DNA of 64,000 nucleotides from Thermoproteota archaeon (GTDB taxonomy: Archaea > Asgardarchaeota > Njordarchaeia > Njordarchaeales > Panguiarchaeaceae), in NCBI GenBank assembly GCA_024720975.1, contig JANJXX010000002.1, positions 112,763-176,762 on the forward strand. Direction: 5' to 3'. Positions 49,841-60,850 of this stretch are shown piece by piece (the stretch's first letter is position 1; each line of letters begins with the position of its first letter). Under the pieces are notes generated by a model. That model worked only from the letters and a program-made list of their open reading frames with translations, had not been told where the DNA came from and did no database searches. Position numbers and translations under genes: made by a program.

Positions 49841-52507
49841 TTAGTGTTGTTCAAAAGCACCTTGATTCTGCGAACCCGCCTGGTCAACTAAACTCTTCAT
49901 TCGCTCATACATTGCAATAATGAAGCGCTCTCTGTCTTCCATAGTAAGTACGTCACTTAACACCGCTAAGACGATCCCTTGTGCAAAGGGGCTTAATATT
50001 CGCGGATTCTTCTCAACAATTTTTACTTCTATTTCTCCAGTCTTCACCTTACTTAAAATTTCCTCTGCACCTCTAGCATCCATGTAATCATCGAGGATTT
50101 CTCGGTAGGTCTCCTTTATTACAGGAAAATCATCTGGTAACAGTGGCACTAAGGCATTGACTCTTATCCTTTGTTTTTTCACGGAAATATTTGTTCCCCT
50201 GTAGTTTCTTAGTATCATAAACGATCTATTAGCAACATGTCTAAATCTGTTGGCGAACAGTTCAGTGTTCTTTATCGCTTTACGTAATGTGTTTGCGAAG
50301 TCACGGCTAAGGCTTTCAGCTAAAATTTTTCTAGGGTCTGGTTCGAATAAAGGAGGAAAAACGAGGTCAAAGCCGTTATCCGTTACGCCTATTCCAACAT
50401 TACAGCCATGGATTTCTGAGGAGATATAAGCAAAGAAACGGGATAGAGCGTCACAAATGCGTCTTCCATATCTAGCGTGGAAGATCATGTGATGTCTTCC
50501 ACTTTCGTCAACCCATGTTTCGATAAGAATCCTCCTGTGATTAGGTATGCAACCTGTGACTTCTATTTGATCTTTAAAGTAACGTAATATGTTATTGGCG
50601 ATTTTCTCATCGGCGCCATATTCATCTATTAGCATTTTCACAACTTCATTTTCACCTGAGTTGTTAAGCAACCTTTCTACGCGCTCTTGAAATTCACCCA
50701 TCTCTATGGATAGATCAAACGATCTAGGCAGTTGCTCACCAATCCATGAAGGAACTGTAGGATTTTCCTCCTTGGCTTCAGTAACGACTATGGTGTCTGT
50801 CTTTATGGACGTAACCTTATACTTCCGGCCAGCCAAAACGAAGATATCATCAATGATAAGACGTTCAGCAAAAGGTTCGCTCAGATGTCCTACGCGAACG
50901 AAGCGACCATTTTTCTTAAGGAGTACTTGATATTTAGTTTCATCAGGTATTGTTCCTTGATTTAAATAAAATATTACTCTAGAGCCGCGTTTTCTTCCGA
51001 AAGTTTTCTCCTGGTCATCTAGCCACAGTTTACGATAGACCTTCTGATACTCCAAGTCAACATGCTTTCCAGCCAGGTAGTTAAGAACGGCTATGAAATC
51101 TTCAAATGGTAGTTCATGAAAATTGTAAGAGCCTCTAACGACTTTATAGGCCTCATCTACATTCCACCGCTTTTCGATGCTCATAGCCACAAGTTGCTGG
51201 GCCAATACATCAAGACAGTTCTTAGGTATAGAGACTCTATCCAATTTTCCTTTATATGCGCATGCGCTTAAAACGAGTAACTCGATTAAATCATCCTCAT
51301 CAAGAGCCACAAATATACCTCTTGAAATCTTGTGTATTGCATGTCCAGCGCGACCTATGCGTTGCAATCCTTTTATAACAGATTTCGGCGACCCAATCTG
51401 TACTACAAGATCAACGTAACCTATATCTATGCCTAATTCAAGTGAGGTTGACGTGACCACAGCACGTAATTTGCCATCCTTCAATGAATTCTCCACGTCT
51501 AGTCGAATCTCCCTTCCTAGTGAGGAATGATGAACCCCAATTTTGGATTCCCAGCGCTTTCCCATGATCTTCTTAAGCTTATAGGCTAAAGCCTCTGCGC
51601 CAGCTCTGGTGTTCGTGAATATTATCGTCGTTCGGTGTCTCTTAACGAGATCTTTTAGAATTTCATACATTTTCTGTGAAGCAGCTTCCTTATGTTTGAG
51701 ATCATCGGTAGGGCATATAACTTTTAAATCTAGTTGCTTGATGTTTAGAACTTGGATGATGTCGCAGGGTCTTGGGAAACCATTCTCATCGAAGCCAACA
51801 AGCCATTTGGCGATTTCCGTTACAGGGGCCTGAGTGGCAGATAAACCAATCCTAGTAAAGTCCCCCGCGAAGTGCTGTAAACGCTCTAGTGATAACGAGA
51901 GGTGTGCCCCGCGTTTGCTATCTGATAATTCATGAACTTCGTCGACAATGACCCACGAGACGTCATATAATAAATACCTAAATTTAGGAGCAATCATCAT
52001 ATTTGCCAAACTTTCAGGAGTTGTAATGATTATATGAGGTGGATACTTTAGCATTTTAGAGCGATGATGACTAGGAGTATCCCCGTGGCGTATAAGTATT
52101 CTTATTTCAGGTAGTTCATAACCCAGCTTTTCAGCGGTTTTTCTTATACCTTGCATAGGTATCTGAAGGTTTTTATGGATATCATTGCTCAAGGCGCGTA
52201 ATGGGGATATATAGATGCAATATACCTTGTCATCAAGTTTATTATCCTCAGCTAACCGAAATAACTCATCTAGAATTCCTAAGAATGCAGCAAGAGTCTT
52301 ACCTGAACCCGTTGGCGAGAATATCAAGGTTGAGCGTCGTGCTTTAATTCTAGGAATAGCATATTTTTGAGGCTCCAGAAACTTGCCAAATGTTGTTCTA
52401 AACCACTCTTGAGTATATGTTCTCAATAATTTAAAAACTTCTTCATCCCTCGGGGGAGGATCCTTCACAATGTTAATTCGTCCGAGGATCTCAGTCACAA
52501 ATTCCAC
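49841..52507 (-). CDS. lhr: Lhr-type large ATP-dependent helicase (superfamily 2, DEVH box)
   Basis: Walker A PTGSGKTLAA, DEVHEL, motif III SAT and motif VI QRIGRAGH, plus a long C-terminal Lhr-type extension. Length is 888 aa. Confidence 0.85.
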   Translation of the reverse strand: MEFVTEILGRINIVKDPPPRDEEVFKLLRTYTQEWFRTTFGKFLEPQKYAIPRIKARRSTLIFSPTGSGKTLAAFLGILDELFRLAEDNKLDDKVYCIYISPLRALSNDIHKNLQIPMQGIRKTAEKLGYELPEIRILIRHGDTPSHHRSKMLKYPPHIIITTPESLANMMIAPKFRYLLYDVSWVIVDEVHELSDSKRGAHLSLSLERLQHFAGDFTRIGLSATQAPVTEIAKWLVGFDENGFPRPCDIIQVLNIKQLDLKVICPTDDLKHKEAASQKMYEILKDLVKRHRTTIIFTNTRAGAEALAYKLKKIMGKRWESKIGVHHSSLGREIRLDVENSLKDGKLRAVVTSTSLELGIDIGYVDLVVQIGSPKSVIKGLQRIGRAGHAIHKISRGIFVALDEDDLIELLVLSACAYKGKLDRVSIPKNCLDVLAQQLVAMSIEKRWNVDEAYKVVRGSYNFHELPFEDFIAVLNYLAGKHVDLEYQKVYRKLWLDDQEKTFGRKRGSRVIFYLNQGTIPDETKYQVLLKKNGRFVRVGHLSEPFAERLIIDDIFVLAGRKYKVTSIKTDTIVVTEAKEENPTVPSWIGEQLPRSFDLSIEMGEFQERVERLLNNSGENEVVKMLIDEYGADEKIANNILRYFKDQIEVTGCIPNHRRILIETWVDESGRHHMIFHARYGRRICDALSRFFAYISSEIHGCNVGIGVTDNGFDLVFPPLFEPDPRKILAESLSRDFANTLRKAIKNTELFANRFRHVANRSFMILRNYRGTNISVKKQRIRVNALVPLLPDDFPVIKETYREILDDYMDARGAEEILSKVKTGEIEVKIVEKNPRILSPFAQGIVLAVLSDVLTMEDRERFIIAMYERMKSLVDQAGSQNQGAFEQH

Positions 52508-52726
52508 CCGATGTTATGTGAGTCTATCATGTAATGATTTGTTTTAAAGCTTTGGCACTCAGCAAGAGTAAATCCAAAGTAGAGTGAGAAATTTCAACAT
52601 GGTGGGGACATATAAAACCTTCCAGTATTCCGATTTGAAAAATTGATGTCTCACTAGTAAGCTTAGCTGAACGATAGGTATAGAAAGAGAAAAAAGATCC
52701 AAGAAAGCAGCTAATATGTAATGTTC

Positions 52727-54604
52727 TTATTCTTCGTAAAGTAGCTTCAAATCCTTGACTCTAGCTTCGGGTGATCGAGCTTTAACTTCATAGGTAATTG
52801 TCTTTCTCTCGCCTGGTTTGAGGCTGATTTCCCATCGACAGAGCACAGCTCCCTCAGGGGTAACTTCTATCGACTTGGGCTTGGGATTGGCCGACCGCTC
52901 ATCAAACTCAAAGGTTGTTGGGACTCTATCTGTAATTACATGTATTGGGATTGAAATTTGGGACTCGTTGGTCAATGATAGCATTACTTTAAATCGACCT
53001 TCCTCGAGTGGTTCAACGTCTTTCTCGACTGTAATTAAGCGTCTAGCTAAGATTCCGGTAAGTTTAGGTGGTTCTTTGACAGATATTAATCGTGCTTTTG
53101 CACCAGGTATCATTGTTATTTCTGCAGATGATCCGAACTCATAAACTTTATCCTCTTTAGGATCGATTGAAGTTGTTGTGTATCTTATCCAGATTTTCTC
53201 GCCGGGGTTTAAGGGTTCGTCGAAGTAATAACTTATGTTCGAGATTTTAATAACTAGAGTATTTTGCTCCTCTGGTAAAGATCCCTCGGGCTCGATCTTG
53301 ATTTCTATAAGTTCTGGAGGTAATCTCGTCTCACCACGCTTCGAAATGAATACTTGAACGTTGCCTGGAGTGGGTGGTGCGATATCCTCTGGGATTATGT
53401 CGCGTACAATTATTTCATCTATTCCTGCAGATCCTAAGTTTTCAATTACAGTTTCGCTTTCAATTTTTTCCTCGGCGTGAGCTGCTATTTGATTCTCAGC
53501 AAGTCCAGCGTAGTATTCTTCATGCTTAACTGAGATTTTCCTGGAGATTTCGCCCCAAACGACCGGAATCTTGATGTCACCAATTTCTCCTCTGGCTTTG
53601 ATTGAGTATCTTACGATTGGATGTATTTCGTAGTGAAACTCTTGAACGACTTTTGGTTTCGCAGGATTTCTTATTGTTACTGGACCGAGGGTAGCAGTTT
53701 GACCAGGTTCGACTCTCACCGGGGCTAGTTTAACGATGTCGAAGATTCGGATTCCGGGCGCTCGCCGTTCAATTGATCCCTTTATTTTGTGTCCTCCCTC
53801 GGCTTCAGTTAGTACTTCTCCCTCGCGAATTTCGATAGTTGCGCCGACACTAATTGGAGCATGGGATGCATTTGTTATTACCATTGATATATCCCATATG
53901 CCGGGAGTTTCTTTCCTTTCTTCGGACAAAATTCGTTCTGTTACTTTCGGAAGTCCGGTTAATTTGCCGAATCTAAGCCCACTTAGTGTTGTTCCTTCGC
54001 AGGTCCACTCATAGGTTATTTTTCCGGTGTTAAAGGCCTCAATGTCTTCTGGGTGCATCTTTAAGTTTACGGGCAACTCAACTTTTTCTCCAGCGTTAAT
54101 TTTTGCGTCCCTCCAAACAATTGCATCTTCCATAGTGATATATTCACCGGAGGGGGGTGTGACTTCAGTAGGAGCTTTAAACTGCTTATGTAGTTCTTTC
54201 TTAACAGTCAGAAGAGCGGGAGCATCAAGCTCATTCGTAGCTCCTAGAGTGGACTGGATTTCTATAGGTTCGCACCTCAGAGCAAATGGTGATGGAATTT
54301 CAGGCGGAAACGTTAAGTTCTCTATTACAGAAAGTCCCAATTTCTCTGTAGTTATATTGTATTCAATGGTTTTTGTGTCTCCATCGCGAATGGATCCCAA
54401 GAAAAGCTCCTTCTCAATGTTAACATTTTCAGTATTTTGTAGTGTAAGTTGCAGGTCTGAGATTGCACCTCCTGTTAGATTTCTTATGATTATCTTTCCT
54501 TTGCTAGTTACTTCAGGATTTTTTAGGCCATAGCCAGCTTTTACTTCCTGTTCTTCTATGAATTCTATAATGAGTCCTTTTTCCTCTGCAGCCATCAGCA
54601 ACAC
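52727..54604 (-). CDS. Large (625 aa) acidic, beta-strand-rich protein with internal repeats; unknown function; no signal peptide
   Basis: Recurrent Ig-like/CARDB-like sequence patterns (..ITYEWTCEGT.., ..IRYTTTSIDPKE.., ..ITYEVKARSPE..). The GTG start lies directly after an in-frame TAG and the N-terminus is not hydrophobic. Confidence 0.35.
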   Translation of the reverse strand: MLLMAAEEKGLIIEFIEEQEVKAGYGLKNPEVTSKGKIIIRNLTGGAISDLQLTLQNTENVNIEKELFLGSIRDGDTKTIEYNITTEKLGLSVIENLTFPPEIPSPFALRCEPIEIQSTLGATNELDAPALLTVKKELHKQFKAPTEVTPPSGEYITMEDAIVWRDAKINAGEKVELPVNLKMHPEDIEAFNTGKITYEWTCEGTTLSGLRFGKLTGLPKVTERILSEERKETPGIWDISMVITNASHAPISVGATIEIREGEVLTEAEGGHKIKGSIERRAPGIRIFDIVKLAPVRVEPGQTATLGPVTIRNPAKPKVVQEFHYEIHPIVRYSIKARGEIGDIKIPVVWGEISRKISVKHEEYYAGLAENQIAAHAEEKIESETVIENLGSAGIDEIIVRDIIPEDIAPPTPGNVQVFISKRGETRLPPELIEIKIEPEGSLPEEQNTLVIKISNISYYFDEPLNPGEKIWIRYTTTSIDPKEDKVYEFGSSAEITMIPGAKARLISVKEPPKLTGILARRLITVEKDVEPLEEGRFKVMLSLTNESQISIPIHVITDRVPTTFEFDERSANPKPKSIEVTPEGAVLCRWEISLKPGERKTITYEVKARSPEARVKDLKLLYEE

Positions 54605-54752
54605 CTAGCGTTTGTTTTTCCATAAAATCGCATATATACTAAAAACTTAGTCGCATTGTAACCAAACATTATAATGTTAACTAGCTTATAAATTAGTAGG
54701 TGAGCTTGATTGTTTGATTACTAAGCTGAGCACTGATAGGTAACAAAAACCA

Positions 54753-55310
54753 TCAGAAGGAGCGCTTAATGAACGCGCTTCGTATCTCGTTAAGGTACCT
54801 ATCTAATGCTAAAGGATTTACTGTTATGGGATTTAGAGGATTTCCACAAATGGGACAACAGTAGCCATATGTCTCAACTTCTCTTTCTAAGAATAGAATT
54901 TTATCTTGCTTGCAATAATGTAGAATGGATTCGATTTCGCAAACCTCTGCTAAGCTATGTAAAAGAGCAATAATACTTGAAATAAGTCCACTCACTGTGC
55001 GATCAATCTGAACGGGCTCTGTACCGAAAATTACCTCAACATATTGGCGCCGGTCTCGCATTTGCAGTGGTTTTTCACCAACTATATACAATAATCCACC
55101 ATTTGTTAAGGCAGAGACAACTGCACGGGCATTTAAAACCGGAAGTCCAGTGTAGATGGTAGATGAACTCTCAGATAAACTACCTCTTGATAGGAGAACA
55201 GCAGCTATAGCCTTGCCAAAACTACCAGCTTTGAGCTCCGCTAATGTAAGGAAAAACCTTCTCAATCTATTTATTCTGCGAAGTATACTGGCTTGTTGAG
55301 ATGAATCCAA
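54753..55310 (-). CDS. Hypothetical protein with a C-terminal Cys-rich motif (185 aa)
   Basis: ORF ending with YCCPICGNPL. No family recognised. Confidence 0.3.
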   Translation of the reverse strand: MDSSQQASILRRINRLRRFFLTLAELKAGSFGKAIAAVLLSRGSLSESSSTIYTGLPVLNARAVVSALTNGGLLYIVGEKPLQMRDRRQYVEVIFGTEPVQIDRTVSGLISSIIALLHSLAEVCEIESILHYCKQDKILFLEREVETYGYCCPICGNPLNPITVNPLALDRYLNEIRSAFIKRSF

Positions 55311-55323
55311 AACTATCGCCGAG

Positions 55324-55653
55324 CTACGATTTTTGCCGTTCTATTTGGCAAACAACAAAGTGAACTGTTTTGGATATGGGTCGTGTCTCCCCAATATAAA
55401 CTATGTCACCTACCTTTGCATTTATACAGGGCGGGTTATGGGCCTTGATTTTACTGAATCGCTTTTCGTACCTCTTGTATTTTTGGTCATATTTCACATA
55501 ATCTACGCGGACAGTAACTGTTCGTTGCATTTTATCGCTTATCACGACTCCCTTTAAGATGCGCCCCCGAACTCGAATGGATCCATGAAATGGACATGTA
55601 GGATCGTCACAGACTTTATCAGGGCTCTGGAAAAGGCCAGCCAAATATATCAC
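55324..55653 (-). CDS. rps17: 30S ribosomal protein S17 (uS17)
   Basis: KGVVISDKMQRTVTVRVDY...KAHNPPCINAKVGDIVYIGETRPISKTVHFVV matches conserved uS17 blocks. Confidence 0.8.
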   Translation of the reverse strand: MIYLAGLFQSPDKVCDDPTCPFHGSIRVRGRILKGVVISDKMQRTVTVRVDYVKYDQKYKRYEKRFSKIKAHNPPCINAKVGDIVYIGETRPISKTVHFVVCQIERQKS

Positions 55654-55874
55654 CAGAGAGGACTTTATAATATTAGCTCGCTATTTAGGATTTTATTAAG
55701 TCAAAGTCTTTTTGTTTATAATTCACTTTTAATTGAGGGTTGTCGTAATTCGGAGAATATAGACAGAATTTTTTAGATCCCAATATTCAGTAGTATATGG
55801 AGTTCACCTACGAATCAGTTTCCCGGATATTATATCTCCAAGCGATGAACTTAAAAACATCAGAGGTAATATAC

Positions 55875-57284
55875 ATGGCCGGATATGGACTAGAATACAG
55901 AACTGTAAGAAGCATTGAAGGCACTCTTATAGTGCTTGAAAAAACAAAACCTGTCGGTTATAATGAGCTAGTTGAAGTAGTCCTTCCGGATGGTACTGAG
56001 TACTATGGTTCAGTAATAGATACTTCAATGGACTATGTACTAATTCAAGTATTTGGTAGGAAAGAAGGTCTTGAACGTGGTCTGAAAGTTAGATTGACTG
56101 GCGAGCCCATATCGATTCCGCTATCCGAAGATGTGCTAGGTCGGGTTCTAACTGGATCCTTTAAGCCGCGAGACCATCTTCCCCCAATAATCGGAGACGA
56201 AAAAAGAGAGATCTTTTACTCAGTGATAAACCCAGCTGCTCGTGCTCCTCCAGAGGAATTTATACAAACCGGCATCTCAATAATAGACGCCTGTCTAGCA
56301 TTGGTACGTGGGCAAAAATTACCGATATTTACATTATCTGGACTACCACATAATATGCTTCTAGCACAGATAGCAAGGCAAGCTACGATTTTGAAGAAAG
56401 GTGCTGAGGCCCGAGAGGATTTTGCAGTGGTTTTCTGTGCTATGGGATTGCGGCATGAGGAATATGAGTTCTTCCGCCAAACTTTTGAAAAAACCGGCGC
56501 GCTGCATCGTTCTGTGATGATTCTCAATCTGGCGGATGAGCCTGAGATAGAGCGTATTATAGCACCAAGAGTTGCGCTAACCGTTGCTGAATACCTGGCT
56601 TTCGACCTCGATTATCACGTTCTTGTAATACTTGGAGATATGCTAAGTTATGCAGAAATTTTGAGGGTTTTATCCACCGCCCGTAGGGAGATACCGGCTA
56701 GAAAAGGATACCCTGGATATCTGTACACAGATTTGGCTACGATTTACGAAAGATGTGGAAAAATAAAGGGCATGAAAGGGAGTGTAACGTTGATGCCATA
56801 CCTAACAATGCCGGGGGGCGATATAACACATCCCGTAGTCGATTTAAGTGGTTATATCACAGAGGGTCAAATAATTCTATCGAATGAGCTTCACATGAGA
56901 GGAATTTATCCGCCAGTGGACTTATTAAACTCGCTTTCTAGGTTGGCTAAGGATGGTATCGGTAAGGGTAAAACGAGAGAGGATCATAAATATATTGCGG
57001 AGCAGCTATATGCATCATATGCCGCCGGGATTGAAGCCAGGGAATTAGCTAAGATAATCGGTGAGCGTGCTTTAAGCGAAAGAGAACGAAAATATCTAGA
57101 ATTCACAAACATGTTTGAGCGAAAATTTATTAGTCAAGGTTATTTAGAGAACCGCAGTATCGAGCAGACACTAGAACTAGCTTGGGACTTGCTAGCCACT
57201 CTCCCGGAGGGAGAGTTAACCAGAATACCACCACGTATCATACATGAGTATCATCCCAAATACAGATCAAAAAAAGTCACTTAG
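55875..57284 (+). CDS. atpB: V/A-type ATP synthase subunit B
   Basis: Non-catalytic B-subunit P-loop-like region ([14 protein letters not shown]) and conserved C-terminal blocks. The start is set at [11 protein letters not shown] (55875), since the track ORF from 55797 adds 26 unlikely residues. Confidence 0.9.
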   Translation: MAGYGLEYRTVRSIEGTLIVLEKTKPVGYNELVEVVLPDGTEYYGSVIDTSMDYVLIQVFGRKEGLERGLKVRLTGEPISIPLSEDVLGRVLTGSFKPRDHLPPIIGDEKREIFYSVINPAARAPPEEFIQTGISIIDACLALVRGQKLPIFTLSGLPHNMLLAQIARQATILKKGAEAREDFAVVFCAMGLRHEEYEFFRQTFEKTGALHRSVMILNLADEPEIERIIAPRVALTVAEYLAFDLDYHVLVILGDMLSYAEILRVLSTARREIPARKGYPGYLYTDLATIYERCGKIKGMKGSVTLMPYLTMPGGDITHPVVDLSGYITEGQIILSNELHMRGIYPPVDLLNSLSRLAKDGIGKGKTREDHKYIAEQLYASYAAGIEARELAKIIGERALSERERKYLEFTNMFERKFISQGYLENRSIEQTLELAWDLLATLPEGELTRIPPRIIHEYHPKYRSKKVT

Positions 57285-57444
57285 GCGCGATCACAGTGGG
57301 GAATCTCTGAAGTACACTTTGGGTCCTACTTACTTAAGCTACCATTAAGTATCTTAAAACATCGTACTACTATAATATCTATGGTTCGTTTGGCTAATTC
57401 TCGAAAAACTCCAATGTGCTTATAAATAACAAGGAAGAACTAAA

Positions 57445-59385
57445 ATGACAGAGGAAGGCGCACTTACAGCGAAGGAAATAATAGGATATAGTGAAAGACT
57501 CCTGAATGCAGTTAAGTCGGAGTTGCCACCTCAGGCGCAGGTTTCAGATGTCAGGTTTGAGGGTCCATTCATCGTCGTGTACTGCAAGAATCCGGAGATA
57601 TTAATATACTACGACGAGTTGGTAAAAAACATAGCTAGGAAGTATAAACTGCGCGTCATCATACGGACGGATGAGAGTGTAAGGAAACCTGAGATAGAAG
57701 CCGAGGAGGTAATATACAAAATCATACCCTCAGATGCGGGAATAAGTCTAAAGCCATTCTTTAATCCTCTAACGGGGCAAGTATTTATCAAAGCAAAAAA
57801 ACCGGGTTTAGCGATTGGTAAAGATGGATCTTTAAGGAAGCGTATTCTATTGGAGACTGGTTGGGAACCTGTAATAAAAAGACTTCCTCCAGTGAATTCG
57901 AGTATAGTCGATTATGTGCAAGAATTTGATAGAATATACTACTCGTACATATCGAAGTTCCTTCAGAAAGTCGGCGAGAGGATATACAGAACTTACGTTC
58001 TTAAGAAAAACAAAGTTAGAGTCACAGTGCTTGGATCGGGTCTTGAGGTAGGTGGAAATGCGTTCTTGATTGAAACAAAGGAGAGCAAAGTATTAATTGA
58101 TGCGGGTATGAGACTTTCAAGTGAGGAATTTTTCCCTTACTTTGATTTCCTCGACAGTACCTTAATTGATGATCTCGATGCAGTAGTTGTGACGCACGCT
58201 CACCTGGATCATGTTGGTTTAGTTCCCTACCTTTATAAGTATGGCTATCGTGGTCCTGTTTATTGTACGGAACCAACGCGATATTTATCTGTACTGATTT
58301 TGAGGGATTATGTTAAAACAGCAGTTAGTCAGGGCCTCCTTACACCGTACAGTATGTCAGATATAGATGAGTTCATAAAACATTGCATTACTTTGGATTA
58401 CGACAAGGTCTATGATATTGCACCTGATATGCGGTTAACGCTGTATAACGCTGGTCACATATTAGGAAGTGCTTTAGTTCATCTACACATAGCAGAGGGA
58501 ATTCATAACATAGTTTTTGCTTCAGACTTTAGATTCTCCAACACAAGGTTACTAGACGCGGCTACTAATGTATTTCCAAGAGTCGAAACTATTTTTATGG
58601 AGGCTACATATGGTGGAGAGAAGGACATACATCCTCCCAGGCACGTGGCCGAGAATCAACTAGTAGGCTTAATTAAACACGCCATAAGGAATAGGAGTAA
58701 GATATTAATCCCTAGTTTTGCTGTGGGTCGAGCACAGGAGCTCATGATTACTCTATGGCATATCTTCGTCGAACTTAAGCTCGTAGAGCCAATAGATGTC
58801 TACATCGCTGGTATGATAAGTGAAGCAACCAATGTACACTTGGCGTGTCCATCATTTCTTTCTCGCAGAATTCAACATATGATCTTGTCTAAGGATTCTA
58901 ATCCATTTTTAGCAGAGTTCTTTATTCCTGTCGACTCTCCTGAAAGCATACCTGAAATTGCAAACCGACCACAACCCGCGATAATAATATCAACAAATGG
59001 AATGATTCAGGGTGGCCCTATTCTCGATTTCCTTAGATACATGTCAGAGGATCCTAACAACATGCTAGTCTTTGTGAGTTACCAGGCTCCAGGGACACTC
59101 GGTAGACAGATTCAAAGAGGAGCCCAGATAGTCCGCCTCGTTTCCGCTGAAGGTACAAGGGAGTTGCATATAAAAATGGCGGTGCATAGCATAAAGGGAT
59201 TTTCTGGTCACAGTGACCATTCTGAGCTAATTAAGTTTGTGAGTGAGATGCAGCCTAATAAGCCCAAGCGAGTAGTCCTAATTCATGGCGATCCTCCTAA
59301 AATATACGAATTAGCTAAAAAGCTCTCTACACTTAAGTTTGAGGTACTCACCCCTGGAAATGGTGATGCAATCTCTTTAGTTTGA
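57445..59385 (+). CDS. fttA: aCPSF1 / FttA beta-CASP ribonuclease (KH domains, metallo-beta-lactamase and beta-CASP domains)
   Basis: N-terminal KH-like GKDGSLRKRILLETGW, metallo-beta-lactamase HAHLDHVG and beta-CASP and C-terminal motifs. Length is 646 aa. Confidence 0.9.
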   Translation: MTEEGALTAKEIIGYSERLLNAVKSELPPQAQVSDVRFEGPFIVVYCKNPEILIYYDELVKNIARKYKLRVIIRTDESVRKPEIEAEEVIYKIIPSDAGISLKPFFNPLTGQVFIKAKKPGLAIGKDGSLRKRILLETGWEPVIKRLPPVNSSIVDYVQEFDRIYYSYISKFLQKVGERIYRTYVLKKNKVRVTVLGSGLEVGGNAFLIETKESKVLIDAGMRLSSEEFFPYFDFLDSTLIDDLDAVVVTHAHLDHVGLVPYLYKYGYRGPVYCTEPTRYLSVLILRDYVKTAVSQGLLTPYSMSDIDEFIKHCITLDYDKVYDIAPDMRLTLYNAGHILGSALVHLHIAEGIHNIVFASDFRFSNTRLLDAATNVFPRVETIFMEATYGGEKDIHPPRHVAENQLVGLIKHAIRNRSKILIPSFAVGRAQELMITLWHIFVELKLVEPIDVYIAGMISEATNVHLACPSFLSRRIQHMILSKDSNPFLAEFFIPVDSPESIPEIANRPQPAIIISTNGMIQGGPILDFLRYMSEDPNNMLVFVSYQAPGTLGRQIQRGAQIVRLVSAEGTRELHIKMAVHSIKGFSGHSDHSELIKFVSEMQPNKPKRVVLIHGDPPKIYELAKKLSTLKFEVLTPGNGDAISLV

Positions 59386-59391
59386 ATTATG

Positions 59392-60729
59392 CTAAAAGTA
59401 GACGGGCGACTCTTGATAAACTATTTCCCCGGTAATGTTTTTTCCCATGAGGTCCTTTACTTCAGCCTCTGGAATGTCTTGAGCCAATAGCCATCCAAGC
59501 TTTATATACGCCACGTGAGGTAGCATGTTTCTACCGGATACAACACCCAAAGTTTTTAATTTTCGTCCGGTTTCATAAACATCTAGATATACTCCTCCTA
59601 ATAAGCATTGTGTCGTCATAACGACTATGATACCATTTTCAATAGCACGTTGAATTGATTCAAACATATATTCTGGCACGTGTCCGAGACCTGTTCCAAC
59701 AAGCACTAAACCTCGATAATTCCTGTCAGTAAATGAATCTATAATATCTTGTGGCATCCCGGGATATATAAAAATAATAGCAGTCTTAGGTTCGAAAACT
59801 GCCTTTAATTCAGATTCAATCTCTGTCGTCTTTTTATGGTGAGGGTAAAGTATGTCAACTTTTTGCTCCCTAATATCAACTCTCGCGATGGGTGGTATAC
59901 CAATACTCCTAAAAGCGTCTCTGCGTGTGCTATGAAGCTTTATGCATCTAACACCCCTATGGGCGAAGAAGCATGTGTCGTCTGGAGTTCCGTGCATTAA
60001 AATAACTGGCTCACCTACATCAGATTTAGTTGCGAATATAGAACTAGCTATTAGATTGGTCGGGGCATCGGATGCCGGTCTATCAGAACTTCGCATAGCC
60101 CCAGTAAGCACAACTGGGCCCTTTAGGTTTCTCAGCATGAATGCCAACGCGGCTGCTGAGTAATGTAGTGTATCAGTTCCATGGGTTATTATTACGGATT
60201 TTGCACCAGAAAGAAGCTCTCTGTATGTTGTCTTTGCAATTTCTATCCAGTGCTTGGGGGTCATATTCTCGCTAAATATGTTGAAAAGCATTGTAAGTCT
60301 TGGCTTGATTATACTGAAAAGTTCAGGTATGGCGTTTGAAAGCTCTTCGGCCGAGAATGCTGGCGCTACAGCGCCTGTGGTATATTCTATTCTGGATGCA
60401 ATTGTTCCCCCGCAGTGGATTATAGAGACTTCTGGCAAGTCTTCTCGTGCGGTAACTAGCATTTTGGGAAGTGTGTATTTGGGAGTAATCGTTGCAATTT
60501 TCTTGATAGATTTTATTCTATCAACTTTCACTGCCAGATTGTAACCATTAGGAAGTTTTAGATAAATAACGTCCTCTCTTACCGGACCTGGTAATATAAT
60601 AGCCTCAAACGCGGTAGTTCCTATAGATACGACTACCTTATCCCAGATGCTAACCCCTTCTCTCTCAAGGAGTTCCTTGGCTTTTCCCGCATACATATCG
60701 AGGGCTCCTCGCAAATTCATAAACTGCAT
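59392..60729 (-). CDS. gatD: Glutamyl-tRNA(Gln) amidotransferase subunit D (asparaginase-like)
   Basis: N-terminal GatD-specific domain plus asparaginase motifs CGGTIAS and HGTDTL. Length is 445 aa. No gatE gene is adjacent. Confidence 0.85.
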   Translation of the reverse strand: MQFMNLRGALDMYAGKAKELLEREGVSIWDKVVVSIGTTAFEAIILPGPVREDVIYLKLPNGYNLAVKVDRIKSIKKIATITPKYTLPKMLVTAREDLPEVSIIHCGGTIASRIEYTTGAVAPAFSAEELSNAIPELFSIIKPRLTMLFNIFSENMTPKHWIEIAKTTYRELLSGAKSVIITHGTDTLHYSAAALAFMLRNLKGPVVLTGAMRSSDRPASDAPTNLIASSIFATKSDVGEPVILMHGTPDDTCFFAHRGVRCIKLHSTRRDAFRSIGIPPIARVDIREQKVDILYPHHKKTTEIESELKAVFEPKTAIIFIYPGMPQDIIDSFTDRNYRGLVLVGTGLGHVPEYMFESIQRAIENGIIVVMTTQCLLGGVYLDVYETGRKLKTLGVVSGRNMLPHVAYIKLGWLLAQDIPEAEVKDLMGKNITGEIVYQESPVYF

Positions 60730-60850
60730 TTTAAAATAAGTTAAGCGATAAAATTACAATACTACTATTATCTAGTCATTTCAATGAATGCCTATTTAGG
60801 CTTTTTTTGGCTCTTTTAAGTGAAAGACAAACAACTATGGGGGACAATTC

